This document shows, piece after piece, positions 30,314 through 32,000 of a stretch of DNA of 32,000 nucleotides. Location: contig CP066689.1 in the NCBI GenBank assembly GCA_016432445.1, positions 1 to 32,000 on the forward strand, in the 5' to 3' direction. The stretch's first letter is position 1. The number at the start of each line of letters is the position of its first letter. Below the pieces are notes generated by a model. It saw only the letters and a list, made by a program, of their open reading frames with translations. It had not been told where the DNA came from and made no database searches. The stretch is from Candidatus Saccharimonadota bacterium (lineage in GTDB: Bacteria > Patescibacteriota > Microgenomatia > UBA1406 > GWC2-37-13). A program made the translations under genes and the position numbers.

Positions 30314-30398
30314 GAGATCTTAGATGTTAGATCTTTGATCTTAGATCAAATTACAAAAATATATAATATCGAATATCCAAGATCTAAGATCTCAGATC
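30314..30398. repeat. family C heptamer hairpin element between convergent rpiB and dprA
   Basis: Left arm gagatcttagatgttagatctttgatcttagatc, right arm atcgaatatccaagatctaagatctcagatc. T-rich tract after the stem on the minus strand (dprA side). Confidence 0.9.
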
Positions 30399-31485
30399 AA
30401 AAATCTCTTAACTGGAACTTCCCCTCTTCATTTCTGTCAATTATTTTTTTCACTTCCATAATTGACAACAATGGCAGTAAGTTATGAATTTGAGTTTTAC
30501 ATTCCAAAGCTAGATCATCAGCATTAAGCGGCTGAAAACTTAAACAGTCATATATTTTTTTCTCATCTGCAGTTAAGGTAAGATTAACTTCTTTTTTTGA
30601 AGGCGCCGCTTTAAGATTAAACTCATTTAAGATATCCTCAACTGAAGTTGCTAAAACCGCGCCTTGTTTTAGTAGAATATTTGGCGCTTCAGAAAGTTCA
30701 GAGGTTAAAGGCACAGGGGGCGCAAAAACCTCTTTTCCCTGCAAAGCCGCATACTTGGCTGTTATCAAAGCTCCGGATTTATTAGTTCCCTCAACTACTA
30801 AAACTCCCTTAGATAAACCTGAAATTAGTCTGTTCCGGGCAATAAAAAGTCCCGGCAAAACTGTCCTTCCCGGAGGAAATTCGGAGATAACTAATCCATT
30901 CTCTTTAATTATCTGCTCATATAATTTTCTATTACCAGGAGGATAAACAATATCAACGCCACACCCTAAAAAAGCTACCGTTTTTCCATGGCAGTTTAAA
31001 GCTGATTGATGAGCGATCGTATCAATTCCTTGCGCCAAACCCGACACAATGGTGGCCCCGGTTTCGGCAAGCTTAAGAGAAAACATTTTGGTTATTTGCT
31101 GACCATAAGGACTGGGTTTTCTTGTTCCAACAACTGCAAAATAAAATCCCTCATCAAAATTATATTTTTTAATATCTCCCTTAACATAAAGGCATATTGG
31201 CGGATCTGGGATATTAATGATGGATGAAGGATAAAAAGAATCTTCTTGAGTAATAATCATTATCTCTTTTTCTACAATTTCCTGGTATTTTTTTTGAGCA
31301 TCAAACTTATTTTTAAAATCAATAAAATCTGCGGCTGTTTTTTCTCCAATTAATGGTTTTATTTCGGAAAAAGAAGCTTCATAGGCTTGTTTTACATCAC
31401 CAAAAGTATCTAATAATTTTCTAAATTTCATCGGCCCAATCCCTAAGAAATGGGAAAAGGCGAGGTAATAATAAATATTCTTCAT
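30397..31485 (-). CDS. dprA: DNA-processing protein DprA (Smf)
   Basis: AVVGTRKPSPYG, VSGLAQGIDTIAHQSAL, VAFLGCGVDIVYP, FIARNRLISGLS and GALITAKYAALQGKEVFA. ATG 31485 (MKNIYYY) is preferred over the repeat-encoded track start at 31500. Confidence 0.9.
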   Translation of the reverse strand: MKNIYYYLAFSHFLGIGPMKFRKLLDTFGDVKQAYEASFSEIKPLIGEKTAADFIDFKNKFDAQKKYQEIVEKEIMIITQEDSFYPSSIINIPDPPICLYVKGDIKKYNFDEGFYFAVVGTRKPSPYGQQITKMFSLKLAETGATIVSGLAQGIDTIAHQSALNCHGKTVAFLGCGVDIVYPPGNRKLYEQIIKENGLVISEFPPGRTVLPGLFIARNRLISGLSKGVLVVEGTNKSGALITAKYAALQGKEVFAPPVPLTSELSEAPNILLKQGAVLATSVEDILNEFNLKAAPSKKEVNLTLTADEKKIYDCLSFQPLNADDLALECKTQIHNLLPLLSIMEVKKIIDRNEEGKFQLRDF

Positions 31486-31517
31486 AAATCCAAATGACAA
31501 ATTTCAAATGTCAAATT
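31486..31517. repeat. family A heptamer array (single arm)
   Basis: aaatccaaatgacaaatttcaaatgtcaaatt. The inverted partner is at 31861..31913, on the other side of the four-helix-bundle gene. Confidence 0.85.
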
Positions 31518-31890
31518 ACTTACAACTTCTAATAATGGAGGAAAATATTAAGGATAATTCATGAGCCTCTTGAGAAAATTTTCTACACTGAATTCCCAAA
31601 TCAGGGCGAGCTATTAATAACATACGTACCCAATAAACAGATTCTTTTGCCTCTTTCTTGCATAACCCAATTTTGTGAATAAAATCTTTTTTTGATTCAG
31701 CACCATCGGCTTCCGCATAATTAGCGCCTATACTAGTAGCCGATCTTACAAGCTGGCTTTTTATTGGTGTAATTATAGGGTTATCAGATAACCTCATTAA
31801 GAATGTGATAACCTCTTCACCATATTTTGCAGTTCTCTCTATTAAATCGTATTTTCTTTGTAAATTTGGATTTTGGATTTGATTTGGCAT
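31516..31890 (-). CDS. four-helix-bundle protein (23S rRNA intervening-sequence protein family)
   Basis: YDLIERTAKYGEEVITFL, QLVRSATSIGANYAEADGAESKKDFIHKIGLCKKEAKESVYWVRML. The start codon and the first ~10 residues (MPNQIQNPNLQ) are encoded by the family A array. Confidence 0.85.
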   Translation of the reverse strand: MPNQIQNPNLQRKYDLIERTAKYGEEVITFLMRLSDNPIITPIKSQLVRSATSIGANYAEADGAESKKDFIHKIGLCKKEAKESVYWVRMLLIARPDLGIQCRKFSQEAHELSLIFSSIIRSCK

Positions 31891-31913
31891 TTGACATTTG
31901 AAATTTGGATTTT
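31861..31913. repeat. family A heptamer array, complementary orientation
   Basis: taaatttggattttggatttgatttggcatttgacatttgaaatttggatttt. Confidence 0.85.
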
Positions 31914-32000
31914 CCTAAACTGTATTACCTTCCATACAGAAAGTCTAGAGACTATATACAACAATATTAAGTAAAGCAGAAGTTAATTTAGGCAGAATAT

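Noticed and set aside
1-32000. Alternative genetic code (for example UGA reassignment, as in some candidate phyla) and the presence of tRNA or rRNA genes.
   Set aside because: Long conserved genes read through cleanly with the standard code, and TGA is used as a stop (for example at 24287 and 30397). I saw no T-loop or acceptor-like tRNA pattern and no rRNA-like block on either strand. This was by eye only, so a tRNAscan or cmscan would be definitive.

Overview
AT-rich bacterial window using the standard code, with about 30 CDS. Gene content: two paralogous giant GNVGIGT-repeat surface proteins, a Cys-rich type IV pilin-like protein, a LysM/M23 peptidase, an O-antigen-ligase/TPR membrane protein, two four-helix-bundle (23S-IVS family) genes, and compact housekeeping genes (trxB, rho, fmt, tgt, folA, thyA, a dcd-like gene, tatD, rpiB, dprA). 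This looks like a Patescibacteria/CPR (Microgenomates-like) genome, which is inference only. I found no rRNA, tRNA, CRISPR array, transposase or integrase. The most unusual signal is a repeat system rather than a gene cluster. At least six families of tandem 7-nt units are arranged as inverted (hairpin) arrays and fill most intergenic spacers. The same arrays, plus several longer palindromic elements, also sit in-frame inside conserved enzymes (trxB, thyA, fmt, tgt, tatD, folA, a GT1 glycosyltransferase) and make up much of the C-terminal third of the giant surface protein. A 96-nt element is inserted in-frame in both fmt and the glycosyltransferase, and compensatory substitutions keep an 11-bp terminal stem intact. 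Secondary observations: many genes have a TATAAT-like box 6-7 nt upstream of ATG and no Shine-Dalgarno (leaderless architecture). The conserved N-terminus of tgt lies upstream of any canonical start codon. Two uncharacterised paralogs carry beta-carbonic-anhydrase-like CxDxR / H...GCG motifs. The Dcd-like protein appears to lack the catalytic Glu. Both four-helix-bundle genes are bracketed by inverted arrays. One 320-nt spacer has no repeats and may form a structured RNA. All homology statements come from reading motifs by eye, with no searches run.
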